Shown: in pieces, positions 18,981 through 27,881 of the stretch
Layout of the letters: the number at the start of each line of letters is the position of its first letter
Numbering within the stretch: the stretch's first letter is position 1
NCBI GenBank assembly: GCA_051439425.1
Contig: JBFRWD010000042.1
Span: forward strand, 1 to 41,594
Reading direction: 5' to 3'
DNA from: Synechococcus sp.
Lineage (GTDB): Bacteria > Cyanobacteriota > Cyanobacteriia > Thermostichales > PCC-7336
DNA length: 41,594 bases
Notes under the pieces: generated by a model
What the model saw: the letters and a program-made list of their open reading frames with translations, nothing else
Databases searched by the model: none
What the model was told of the DNA's origin: nothing
Position numbers and translations under genes: made by a program

Positions 18981-21338
18981 ATGTTTTTTTGGGCGAAACC
19001 AGCCGAAAGCTCCGAATGGGTAGAAATCCCTGCAAGCGGAGGTTTACTGGTCGCGGGTAAATACAACATCGCTGTTCAGTCGCCCCAACCTCACTTCACG
19101 ATTGTGTCTCATCTGCGGCAGTACTGCCGACAAGACAACGGTGTAGAAATTCTTCGCTGGCAAACCGAACACTCTTCTCGCACGAATGGCGAAGGGGTAG
19201 GGTGGATTGCTCAAGATTTGGAGTTGACCGCCGGTCGCTGGCAGATTAGCTGTCGAGATGCAGATCTAGTTGCTGAGCTATTCGGGGAGAATTCGGATAA
19301 TTCCATCACGTTTCAAGTTATCGATTTGAAGGGAGCCCGACTCTCTTCTGGCCCCTACGAGGAGTCGTCCGTTACGTTACCGGCCATGACCTCCTCCACC
19401 GCCAGCATTAAAACAGTGACTACAGCTAGCCATTTATCTGAGACTGGGTCTCCCCCATCATCAACGATCCAACATGACCTGTATTCACAGGCAAATGATG
19501 CCGGAGGTGCCTCAATCGCCAGCAGCGGGGCCGATAAGCATACAGGCTGGAAGGAGAGGGAAATCGCCAGCACTGCTGAGCAAGTCAATACCACTGACCA
19601 ACCCGCTGAAACATCTGCAGCCCAGTTCCCCTCCTCCCAGCACCACAACTCTGATGATGCGGTGACCGAAATATTTACGCCGACCAACGATCTAAACCAG
19701 GAGTTTGCGCTCAATCGCTCGGAATTTACAGCCTTTCCAGGCGAAACAATCGAAATCTCTGGCTATTCCAAACAATCGGGTCAACTCACAATAACGGCTC
19801 TAACGCAAAACTCCACTCCCATTCAAGTCAACCAACGGTTAACAGTTCCGTCGTCAACATCATTGACGAACTTCAGCGTTCAGCTTAAAGTTCCGGAAAC
19901 GTGGTCTGAAGATGCAATTATCGGAGTCGCCGAGCTTCATCCTGACAGCGGTAGCGCAAGTCTGGCGCAAGATTTCACAGTGAGTGCTGAGCCCAATTAC
20001 TCTCAGTCCCCCTCAACCACTGCAAATAGTTCAGAAGCCACAGAGCATTCTCCGGCCATCCCCCAGCAGTTCGCGCACTCGGAGGAAGAGGTTGTCGTTG
20101 ACCCAACCCTGCCAATCGAACAACCCGATGTCTTTGTGACAATCCCCCCGCAAGCATCCTCCCGCAAGGCAGACGCCCCCACTGTTACTCCTGACATCAC
20201 AGATACAGACATTCAGTCATTGTCGAATGCTCAACTAACAAAAGCCGAGCCACGATCGCCCAAGCCCCGTTTAGCACACTGGAACCCAGAACTGACCGAC
20301 GAAGATATTCAGCTCCCTGAAATTGCGTTTGCCAGCTCCCGCTCCCCAGATCGCACGCTACATCGGCTGTTGGCTCTGGTTCAATCCTCAGTTGCTGCGA
20401 CTGCAGCCCGCACCCGGTTTCAACAGGTACGGTCAGCCTCCCCTAGCCTCGATAGCGGCATGCTGGACGGCATCGTTGGAGACGTAAAAGTGGTGCCCGC
20501 CACTGATGTCACTCTCGTCGGCACAGTCTTGCCCCTCAACGGTCTTGGGACGGGAGGGGCAAGCCCAGAGACAGCCGATCGTCTAGATTCAGCCGAGTAC
20601 AGTCTAGACCGGTTCGATAACGCAGAGTCAACCGAACCATCCGATCCATCGGCGTCGAGCACTGGCGATGTCACCTCCAGATCGGGAACAATTTCGCCGC
20701 AAACCACCAATGACGAATTGCCCGTTAGTGATGAATCTCCGGCAATCGAACCAAATTCCTCATGGGGAACCAATATCCCTGCTGCTGCAGACAGAGGGAC
20801 GATGCCTGCGTCCGCGATCTCAAATGGCACAACAGGCGCTCGTCCCAAGAGTTCCGTGACAGTCCCATTATCTGCCAACTCTGCAAGCACAAACAAACCA
20901 CAGCCATCCCCCACTCATGAAATCCCCAGTCCCTCCACAGATTCCAGATCGATGGATTCCCCCTCCGCAAACGACGTCCAATCGTCTGCCCTCAGCATCG
21001 ATATTCCTCAATCTCTACGCAGTGGAGACCTGGTATCGGTGGTGATGAAAAGTAAAGCAACCCCCCACCCAGCCTGCGTTAAGCTGTGGGTCATCAACGC
21101 CGCCAATCAGACAGTCGTGGACGGCCCCCGCTGGATTTTGGATTTCTCTGCTGACGGCGATATCCGTACTGGCATTACTCATCTCACTGTGCCCAGCCGG
21201 GTTCAGTCGCTCCAATTTCAAGCCTGCGCCTACCACTACATCCCCTCTGACATAGAAGAGGATTCCGACGCCGCCTCGCCGGTAGCCACGGCGACCGTGC
21301 ACCGGTCGGTTTCCCCTCGATCGACCCCCTACAGATAA
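18981..21338 (+). CDS. Large hypothetical protein: beta-rich domains separated by S/T/P-rich low-complexity linkers
   Basis: 785-aa ORF with GGAGG RBS. Folded-looking N-terminal (RTNGEG..LTAGRWQISC..DLVAELFG), central and C-terminal (VKLWV..VDGPRWILDF) segments. Confidence 0.75.
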   Translation: MFFWAKPAESSEWVEIPASGGLLVAGKYNIAVQSPQPHFTIVSHLRQYCRQDNGVEILRWQTEHSSRTNGEGVGWIAQDLELTAGRWQISCRDADLVAELFGENSDNSITFQVIDLKGARLSSGPYEESSVTLPAMTSSTASIKTVTTASHLSETGSPPSSTIQHDLYSQANDAGGASIASSGADKHTGWKEREIASTAEQVNTTDQPAETSAAQFPSSQHHNSDDAVTEIFTPTNDLNQEFALNRSEFTAFPGETIEISGYSKQSGQLTITALTQNSTPIQVNQRLTVPSSTSLTNFSVQLKVPETWSEDAIIGVAELHPDSGSASLAQDFTVSAEPNYSQSPSTTANSSEATEHSPAIPQQFAHSEEEVVVDPTLPIEQPDVFVTIPPQASSRKADAPTVTPDITDTDIQSLSNAQLTKAEPRSPKPRLAHWNPELTDEDIQLPEIAFASSRSPDRTLHRLLALVQSSVAATAARTRFQQVRSASPSLDSGMLDGIVGDVKVVPATDVTLVGTVLPLNGLGTGGASPETADRLDSAEYSLDRFDNAESTEPSDPSASSTGDVTSRSGTISPQTTNDELPVSDESPAIEPNSSWGTNIPAAADRGTMPASAISNGTTGARPKSSVTVPLSANSASTNKPQPSPTHEIPSPSTDSRSMDSPSANDVQSSALSIDIPQSLRSGDLVSVVMKSKATPHPACVKLWVINAANQTVVDGPRWILDFSADGDIRTGITHLTVPSRVQSLQFQACAYHYIPSDIEEDSDAASPVATATVHRSVSPRSTPYR

Positions 21339-21377
21339 GATGCAGTGTTACAAATATTCATGAAGCGCAACCTACCT

Positions 21378-21567
21378 TATACTAGGGATGTTTTTGGTGA
21401 TCGCTAGCGTCGAGCAAGCTCTATCTTGCTCAGTTTCCCCGCCTGAATAGGGGGGCAACCTGGCAACTAGCGACGCGATAGCTGAGAACCTAGCATTTGC
21501 ATTCACACGCTGCTAGGTTCATCTGTTTTAGAAAGCCACTTTAGACAATCGCTAGCGGAACAAGGAG
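21378..21567 (+). promoter_or_regulatory. Putative -10 box and structured 5' leader of crtR
   Basis: TATACT at 21378-21383, four stems between 21401 and 21520, and AAGGAG RBS at 21562-21567. Confidence 0.45.
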
Positions 21568-21577
21568 ACACTGATTT

Positions 21578-22528
21578 ATGACTGTGGCGGGGAAACGAAA
21601 GTCTATCCCACGTGAAATGGTTGGAGCTCCTGATTCCTTAGTTAATTGGAATGTGATTTTATTCCTGGGCTCGGTCTGCCTGTTTGTATGCTGCTTCTGC
21701 GGCTACTCGATGTGGGATTGGCCCGGCTGGATGGTGTTCTGGCTCAATTTTTCAGCTCTGTACGTTCTGGGTACCGTGATTCATGATGCCTCCCACGGCT
21801 CTGCTCACAAGATCCGGTGGGTGAACGAAGCTATGGGTCATGGTTCTGCCCTCTTGCAAGGGTTTGTTTATCCGGTCTTCAAGTGGGTTCACATGGAGCA
21901 CCACGCAAATGTAAATGACCCTGAGAACGATCCAGACCATTACGTGTCTACGGGTGGCCCTTTATGGTTGATCCCGGTGCGCTTCTTTTACCACGAGGTG
22001 TTTTTCTTCAAACGCCAACTTTGGAAAAAAGGAAAATACGAGCTATTGGCGTGGGGACTCAGCCGGTTGCTGGTGGTGTGTACGTTTGCCCTTGCCCTGC
22101 GGTTCGGCTACACCGATTATGTTTTGAATTACTGGATGCCCCCAGCATTCATCATGGGCTTGCTGCTGGGGTTGTTTTTTGATTATTTGCCCCACCGCCC
22201 ATTTCTAGAAACTGCTCGTTGGTACAACGCGCGAGTCTATCCCAGTTTCATCACCAATATTTTGCTGCTGGGACAAAACTATCACCTGATCCACCATCTC
22301 TGGCCCACTGTTCCTTGGTATAAGTACCAAGCCGCTTACAGAGCAGCTAAGCCGATCTTGGATGAGAAAGGCTGCGACCAATCTCTCGACATCTGGCGCA
22401 ACAGCAAGGAAGTTGGCAGTTTCTTGTACGACTGTGTGTTGGGCTTGCGCTTCAACGGTCACGGTCATGCTTCCAGCCATCAGGAAGACGCAGACATTAA
22501 GACAGAAGATGTTGAGACTATTCAATAA
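21578..22528 (+). CDS. crtR: Beta-carotene hydroxylase CrtR
   Basis: His boxes GTVIHDASH, VHMEHH and NYHLIHHLWP, plus NDPENDPDHYVSTGGPLWLI and FFDYLPHRPF, typical of cyanobacterial CrtR. Confidence 0.93.
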   Translation: MTVAGKRKSIPREMVGAPDSLVNWNVILFLGSVCLFVCCFCGYSMWDWPGWMVFWLNFSALYVLGTVIHDASHGSAHKIRWVNEAMGHGSALLQGFVYPVFKWVHMEHHANVNDPENDPDHYVSTGGPLWLIPVRFFYHEVFFFKRQLWKKGKYELLAWGLSRLLVVCTFALALRFGYTDYVLNYWMPPAFIMGLLLGLFFDYLPHRPFLETARWYNARVYPSFITNILLLGQNYHLIHHLWPTVPWYKYQAAYRAAKPILDEKGCDQSLDIWRNSKEVGSFLYDCVLGLRFNGHGHASSHQEDADIKTEDVETIQ

Positions 22529-22563
22529 ACTGACTGCTTGTTCTGCTTCATTTCACTCTTCAG

Positions 22564-22669
22564 TGCCATGGCGCTAGGCAATCCGCTACGGAGAATTCTC
22601 CAATCAATTTCTCTTTGCGGACTAAGGCTTTGAACTGTCTCCCGCCTCTAGACCTTACAGCGGATTGCC
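22564..22669. repeat. Intergenic repeat family B, copy 2
   Basis: tgccatggcgctaggcaatccgctacggagaattctccaatca...taaggcttt...tacagcggattgcc, with 11-bp inverted ends at 22577-22587 and 22659-22669. Confidence 0.8.
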
Positions 22670-22714
22670 ACAGTCCCCGCTTGCTCTTGACGTCAGGGCT
22701 GCAGAATTTATCCC

Positions 22715-22781
22715 TTCAGTTAGGACACAGGTTTCCGATCGCAGTCAGGGTTAACCTGACCTGAAATGCCCGCAGTATGGC
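22715..22781. repeat. Intergenic repeat family A, copy 2
   Basis: ttcagttaggacacaggtttccgatcgcagtcagggttaacctgacctgaaatgcccgcagtatggc aligns with 13059-13128. Confidence 0.7.
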
Positions 22782-22810
22782 CAGTGCAATATCTGCCTCA
22801 GCAGCCTCAT

Positions 22811-22843
22811 AAAAAATGCGATCGCTACTGGACGATCGCATTT
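22811..22843 (-). terminator. Probable intrinsic terminator (possibly bidirectional)
   Basis: aaatgcgatcg-ctactgga-cgatcgcattt is an 11-bp stem. The A6 run gives a U-tract on the minus strand. Lies between convergent genes. Confidence 0.6.
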
Positions 22844-23001
22844 CACATTGGGGATAAAACTCTACAAATCACTCTCGTATCGTAAGGAGTATTTCTCTGG
22901 AGAGCGTCAATACGTGGTTAAAGTTGGGTTAAGAGAGAAGCAAAAAGCTCACTTTAAAGAGTAGCTACAGATTTCACTAGTCCTGAATGGCACTAATCGC
23001 T

Positions 23002-23496
23002 CTAGTTCAGAAAGACATGTCCATTTGGATCGACATTGAGGGAAATGCGACTGTCCCCAAAATCGTTAGTCTCATCGAATACCAAGCGAAGCATGCCAAC
23101 TTCATCCTCATCAGTAATGTCTGCCGTCACAAACCCACCATCGGGACGCTGAAACGTCAGCGTTGTGGGTCGATCTAACCCCCTTAGGATCGCACTAGTG
23201 TTGGCGGGCAATGTCCTAACTGCGGTATCTCCTAGCAGTTGATAAACCACCTCTGCATTGACGTCATTCACTAGCTCGATCTCCAAGCTAGAGTGCTGTG
23301 GAGTCAAGATCGCACTCGGTTCTTGAAGCTGCTCGGGGAGTGGGGGAAAACTGCGTTCACCGGTCATCTGGGGAGATCTGTCAATCGGTAGCTGTGCGAT
23401 GCGGTTAGCCATAACTAACCCTGGAGTTAGCAGTAAAACCAAGTTGCTAATCGCAACCGTAAACCAGAGGGGATGCACTGATGTCTTGTACTGCAT
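23002..23496 (-). CDS. Exported cyanobacterial-type hypothetical protein
   Basis: Signal-like N-terminus followed by a beta-rich domain IELVND..VVYQLLGDT..RTL..LRGL..PTTLTFQRPDGG. Confidence 0.75.
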   Translation of the reverse strand: MQYKTSVHPLWFTVAISNLVLLLTPGLVMANRIAQLPIDRSPQMTGERSFPPLPEQLQEPSAILTPQHSSLEIELVNDVNAEVVYQLLGDTAVRTLPANTSAILRGLDRPTTLTFQRPDGGFVTADITDEDEVGMLRLVFDETNDFGDSRISLNVDPNGHVFLN

Positions 23497-24207
23497 AACG
23501 AATGTCCTGAAAAAAAACTGAAGTCGTGGGGTTGCGGCAAAGTAACGACCGCGCCCAAATCAGCGATGTATACATCGTAGAAATTCTCCTTCTAGGACAC
23601 ACGGTGGGTGCAAGTGCAATGCTGTGCTGCTTATCAGAGGGAAACCTGCCCGGAAACCGGCGATTCAAGGGGAACAGTCAGCGATCGATGCTACGCAAAC
23701 CCGCAGAAAAAGGGCAGATTAACAGTAATTTGGCACTCATCCACCATCTAACCAGCAGGGCAGCCTCTACGAGTCCCAGCAAGCGATGTATGTCGGCATC
23801 ACATACAACCAAACGTGACCGCAGCGCTGTGTTCATATCTACGTCAAGAACATGCCAACCCAAGATGGTTCAGAAGAGGATGATGCCATTGCTACATCTC
23901 GCAGAGAGTCTCTGCGAGCAGGTCGCCCATGTGGAGAAACCTGGGTCATGTCTCTGGTTCTGGCAGGTCTCAAACAGAAGAGCCCATCCGCTAAACTGAC
24001 AGTCCCGACTGCGAATTTTTGCCGTCAACGCAAGTTATATTTCCAAGCTGCAGAATTGCATTCGGGTCAAGCGATCCCACTTCTTTTCAGCAGCTTCAGA
24101 ATATTCGTTCGAACGCCCGTTAAAATTAAGCAATATCAATATCTACTCACAGGTGTGCTTTTTCCAGACAAACGGTTTACTTGCACCTATTGCTCCAGGA
24201 GTAACGC

Positions 24208-24600
24208 ATGCTCAGCCGCAAGCTCTATCAGTTTTCTCAAGAGGGCAGAGATGTCTGGCTTTTTCTTCGCGATCGCGGAACCTGGATAGAACGATGCACG
24301 ATTCTCGAACAAACAGGCGATCTAGTAATCGTTCGCTACGAAACTGAGGACGAAGACGAGATTTGCTCCTGGGAAGAAATCATTCGCTTAGAAAGCATTG
24401 GTGCAGTCGCTCAGCGGTTATCTACGATTCCCAAGGGGGATTTCCATCCCAGCGATTTACCCACAGCTGAGGACTACCCTGACTTCGAGCGGATCGAACC
24501 CCACGAACCCTCTGGAGACGATGAGATGTCGGATAAAACACCTTCTGACAAGGCATCACCGAGAGTACAGGAATCGATCGATAACGGCCACACTGATTAG
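24208..24600 (+). CDS. DUF6679-family protein
   Basis: MLSRKLYQ..EGRDVWLFLRD..WIER..GDLV.VRYETEDEDEICSWEE.IRLESIGAV matches this conserved cyanobacterial family. AGGAG RBS. Confidence 0.8.
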   Translation: MLSRKLYQFSQEGRDVWLFLRDRGTWIERCTILEQTGDLVIVRYETEDEDEICSWEEIIRLESIGAVAQRLSTIPKGDFHPSDLPTAEDYPDFERIEPHEPSGDDEMSDKTPSDKASPRVQESIDNGHTD

Positions 24601-24765
24601 AACTGAGATTAGACCTAGCTGGACAACATTAGCGAAACAGCTGCTCATGGCTGAGTCCCTCCCGGTAAGCCTCTCTTCCAATAACCGATCTGCAAGTCAT
24701 ACCAACTCGCCCCCACCCTGTAATATCTCACTACATTTATAGTCAACAGAGGAGCCCAGCAAACA

Positions 24766-24939
24766 GTGGAAGATGATGACTATTGTCCAATACGCGACGA
24801 ATTGGAAGCAATTTATGCTCAATTAGCCAACGAGTGCTGCTCGCTATCGGAAGATGATTTAGACTTTCTTGACAGCCGGCGTCTGGAATTAGAAGCTGAG
24901 CTGAACCCAATTCAAAACCCGCAACTTCACAATCGATAG
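24766..24939 (+). CDS. Putative 57-aa acidic helical small protein
   Basis: GTG start after GAGGAG (24749-24754). (M)EDDDYCPIRDELEAIYAQLANECCSLSEDDLDFLDSRRLELEAELNPIQNPQLHNR*. Below the ORF-track cutoff. Confidence 0.5.
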   Translation: MEDDDYCPIRDELEAIYAQLANECCSLSEDDLDFLDSRRLELEAELNPIQNPQLHNR

Positions 24940-25255
24940 GGTTAACTGCTGGAGTGTTCTTTCAGAGAGGCTGCTTGGTCTTTCTCTCTCACGGTTAGCA
25001 ATGCTGGCAGCCGTAACATTGAGAGAAGTCTTGCAGTTTGCAGACACATGTTTGTAAATGTTGAGCCCTGTGGTGGGACATCTCCTCAGTTCAGCAGCAC
25101 AGTTCCGACATACTCGCTACACGGCTCGGGAGTAGGACGAGGTAGATAAGATTCACATCAATTAAATATCCAGCTAATTAATTCACCGTAACGTCCTAAT
25201 GCTCATCTTACATAGAGGGAATATTATCGATGCGTAGGTGCGTTAGGAAGCCAGC

Positions 25256-26164
25256 ATGCCATTCAAAACTTACTACGAACGGTTAGGTGTAGCCGCTGAT
25301 GTCTCGCAAGACAATATTAAAAGTGCCTACCGCAAGCTAGCGCACGAGCTGCACCCCGATAAGCTGCCTGACGACATCTCTCCAAAAATGGAAGAGCTGG
25401 CGAAAAAAGAATTCAACGAGTTGCGCGAAGCATATTTAGTGCTCTCTAACCCCAGTGCCCGTGTTACGTACGATCGTCGGTTAATCGAGCAAACTGAGTC
25501 CAACCGATCGTCGCAAGTAGTGGCCCAAGAGAAAGAAGACTCAGGAGATCGCCTTCCCAAGCGCTGGCAAGTCCCTCTGGCAGCAGCAGCCATCGGAGCG
25601 GCCTGTGCCGTCATCGTCGTTTCTCTCATCAATGCCGTAGCCGCGATCAACCGCCAGCCAGCAGCCCAAGTCAGTTCTACTACATCACCTCATGGCCTCA
25701 TTGCCGCAAACGGCACAAATGAAAATTCGGCAGCAAGCGAGTTAGTCTCAGAAGCCTCTACTGTGTCACGAGACTCTACTCCCGAAGCAGTTGCCGTCGC
25801 CGATCGTTCTGAACCATCTCTATCAGGCAACATGGCCGAAGCCAGAGAAACATCCGATGCCACCGAAGTACAAGCAGAAACGGAATTTACACCTGGCGAA
25901 ATTACCCGCTTTGCAACGGCTCTGTTAGAGCTACAACCTATTTTGAACTCCACCAAAGCAAACTTAGAATCTGCAAGCTCTTCTGCAGAACGTCAAGATA
26001 TTGAAAATGAATTTGACGTGCGTGCCACTCAGATTTTGCTGTCTCACGGCCTGCAACCTGAAGAATATCAGCGGATTGCTGCTCGCACGGAAACCGATTC
26101 ACAAGTTCGATTGGAGGTGATTGCTGCCACGGTTCGCTTGCAACAGCTAAGTCGCTATCAGTAA
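25256..26164 (+). CDS. Membrane-anchored J-domain protein with C-terminal DUF4168-like domain
   Basis: TYYERLGV..IKSAYRKLAHELHPDK..EAYLVLSNP..R..YD (J domain with HPD), one TM helix, and C-terminal EITRFA.ALLEL..GLQPEEYQRIA..DSQVR. Confidence 0.85.
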   Translation: MPFKTYYERLGVAADVSQDNIKSAYRKLAHELHPDKLPDDISPKMEELAKKEFNELREAYLVLSNPSARVTYDRRLIEQTESNRSSQVVAQEKEDSGDRLPKRWQVPLAAAAIGAACAVIVVSLINAVAAINRQPAAQVSSTTSPHGLIAANGTNENSAASELVSEASTVSRDSTPEAVAVADRSEPSLSGNMAEARETSDATEVQAETEFTPGEITRFATALLELQPILNSTKANLESASSSAERQDIENEFDVRATQILLSHGLQPEEYQRIAARTETDSQVRLEVIAATVRLQQLSRYQ

Positions 26165-26559
26165 CCGTCCCACCACTCAAACATGGCCGGCTGAAGAATC
26201 AGTTCCTCACAGTACAATCCGAAGTTTCTCTAAGAGAGCGTCCTTGAAAAATAGACTCGGGCTCTCCAAATTAGAGTGCTGTGAACTCAGGGTCAGCGTA
26301 AGCTTAGGTTCAACCCTTCCAAAATCGAATCCACACCATTGGGTTGTCGAAGAACAATCGCAGAAAAGGTACTCCCATCAACGACCTGACACTCAACCAT
26401 ATTTCCCCTGTCGCCGGACTCAGTATTCATTCTGAGTCCTTTCTCGCAAGGTGTGGGTATTTTCAACGAAAGGGATAAATATTATTTGTCTAGCAATCAA
26501 TTTGCTTGAAGCGACCTCGTTCCCAATCACTCACCTCACGCCTGCCATACTTGCGAACA

Positions 26560-27792
26560 ATGGACACTCTAAACGACTGGACTGAAGACGGCTGCGAAAC
26601 GCAACTGGTGGCTTTAGACAGTTCAAACGCATCTATTGCAACTCAGTTACTTCCTCATTTGCAATCATCCTTCGATTCTGTCGAGGAGCACAACCCTGAC
26701 ACGCCACCGCGAGTTCCTCCTGCAAAAACTCCGTCAGTCTCAGCCGACACTCACATAGCATCACAGGCAACTCCACTGGTTTCCGCTGACAGCACGAGTA
26801 AGGCTCGCATCGCTCGAAGTAGTTTGGAAATACTTGAGTCCAATTCACCTCAATCGCCTCGAGTACCCGGCGAACCGAAAGCAGAGATAGTCTTGCAACC
26901 ACCCACTCGACTCACCCCGAATCTGCAGATGGCAGAGGTAGAATTTCCCGCAAAAACGTCTGAGGCCAGCAACAATAAGCCCGAAATTAGCCAATCCTTC
27001 CTAGACTATTTTTTAACCTATCCAATCATCAAAAACCTGATTGCTGCTGACCTGCTAGACAAACAGGAACTGTTGGAAGCAGCTCGAATTTGGAAGCAAA
27101 TGGGGGGCAAGTTAGAACACGTACTCGTCGATCGCATGGGGATTAAGAGTACAACCATTAAGTTCTTTCATAACAGCGAGGCAGGAACCTCAGCCAAACA
27201 ACAAGGCTGCAAACGCATTGGAGAATTTCTGAGAGCAGCAGGCTTGGTCAGTGAGGGGGAAATTCAATTCGTTTTAGACGAACTGAAGACACAGGGACGC
27301 ACCCTGAAGCTTGGCGATGCACTTGTTGAACAAGGGTTGGTCAAGCAGTCTACCATCGACTACTTTGCCAATCGCTTTATCAATGACGATCGCAACTTCG
27401 AGGCACATGCATCTGGCGATGATTCGGAATCGGACTATATCGATGACGATAGTCATTTCCGCGTGGACGAGTTCTTTTTCGTCCTAGGACAGCACGGACA
27501 ATTTTCCAGCCATACGCTGCGGGCGAGAATGTATTCCATCGGTCGTGCAGCAGGCAACGATATCGTTGTGAACGATCGCTTTGTATCAAGACGACATGCT
27601 TATTTGATTCGAACGCAAGACAAAGAAACGCAAACCACTACCTATGAAGTTTTGGATTGTGGCAAGGTGCACGAATACAGCACCAACGGCATCTACGTGA
27701 ATGGTAAAAAAGTCAAGCACCAGGCGCTCAAGGCGGGAGATGTCGTACACATAGGCCCCAAAATTCAGGCTCGATTCCTGCCGGTTGAATAA
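26560..27792 (+). CDS. FHA-domain protein with MshEN-like repeats
   Basis: C-terminal FHA (SIGR..NDIV..VSRRHA..STNGIYVNG). Central RIGEFLRAAGLVSEGEIQFVL and KLGDALVEQGLV repeats. ATG 26560 preferred. Confidence 0.85.
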   Translation: MDTLNDWTEDGCETQLVALDSSNASIATQLLPHLQSSFDSVEEHNPDTPPRVPPAKTPSVSADTHIASQATPLVSADSTSKARIARSSLEILESNSPQSPRVPGEPKAEIVLQPPTRLTPNLQMAEVEFPAKTSEASNNKPEISQSFLDYFLTYPIIKNLIAADLLDKQELLEAARIWKQMGGKLEHVLVDRMGIKSTTIKFFHNSEAGTSAKQQGCKRIGEFLRAAGLVSEGEIQFVLDELKTQGRTLKLGDALVEQGLVKQSTIDYFANRFINDDRNFEAHASGDDSESDYIDDDSHFRVDEFFFVLGQHGQFSSHTLRARMYSIGRAAGNDIVVNDRFVSRRHAYLIRTQDKETQTTTYEVLDCGKVHEYSTNGIYVNGKKVKHQALKAGDVVHIGPKIQARFLPVE

Positions 27793-27881
27793 GCGTTCCG
27801 CGCATCGTTCTGACGGTAGTTCGATGGAGCCACTCATTCAAGCGATTTGCCTCGCGGTACAAAGAAGTTCTTAGCGTTGGA

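Noticed and set aside
23526..24289. 157-aa and 145-aa plus-strand ORFs
   Set aside because: Atypical composition, mutual overlap, overlap with the DUF6679 gene and no motifs.
26295..26439. 45-aa minus-strand ORF (MNTESGDRG...) and hairpin ggactcag/ctgagtcc
   Set aside because: No motif, and the putative start is buried in the hairpin; insufficient support.
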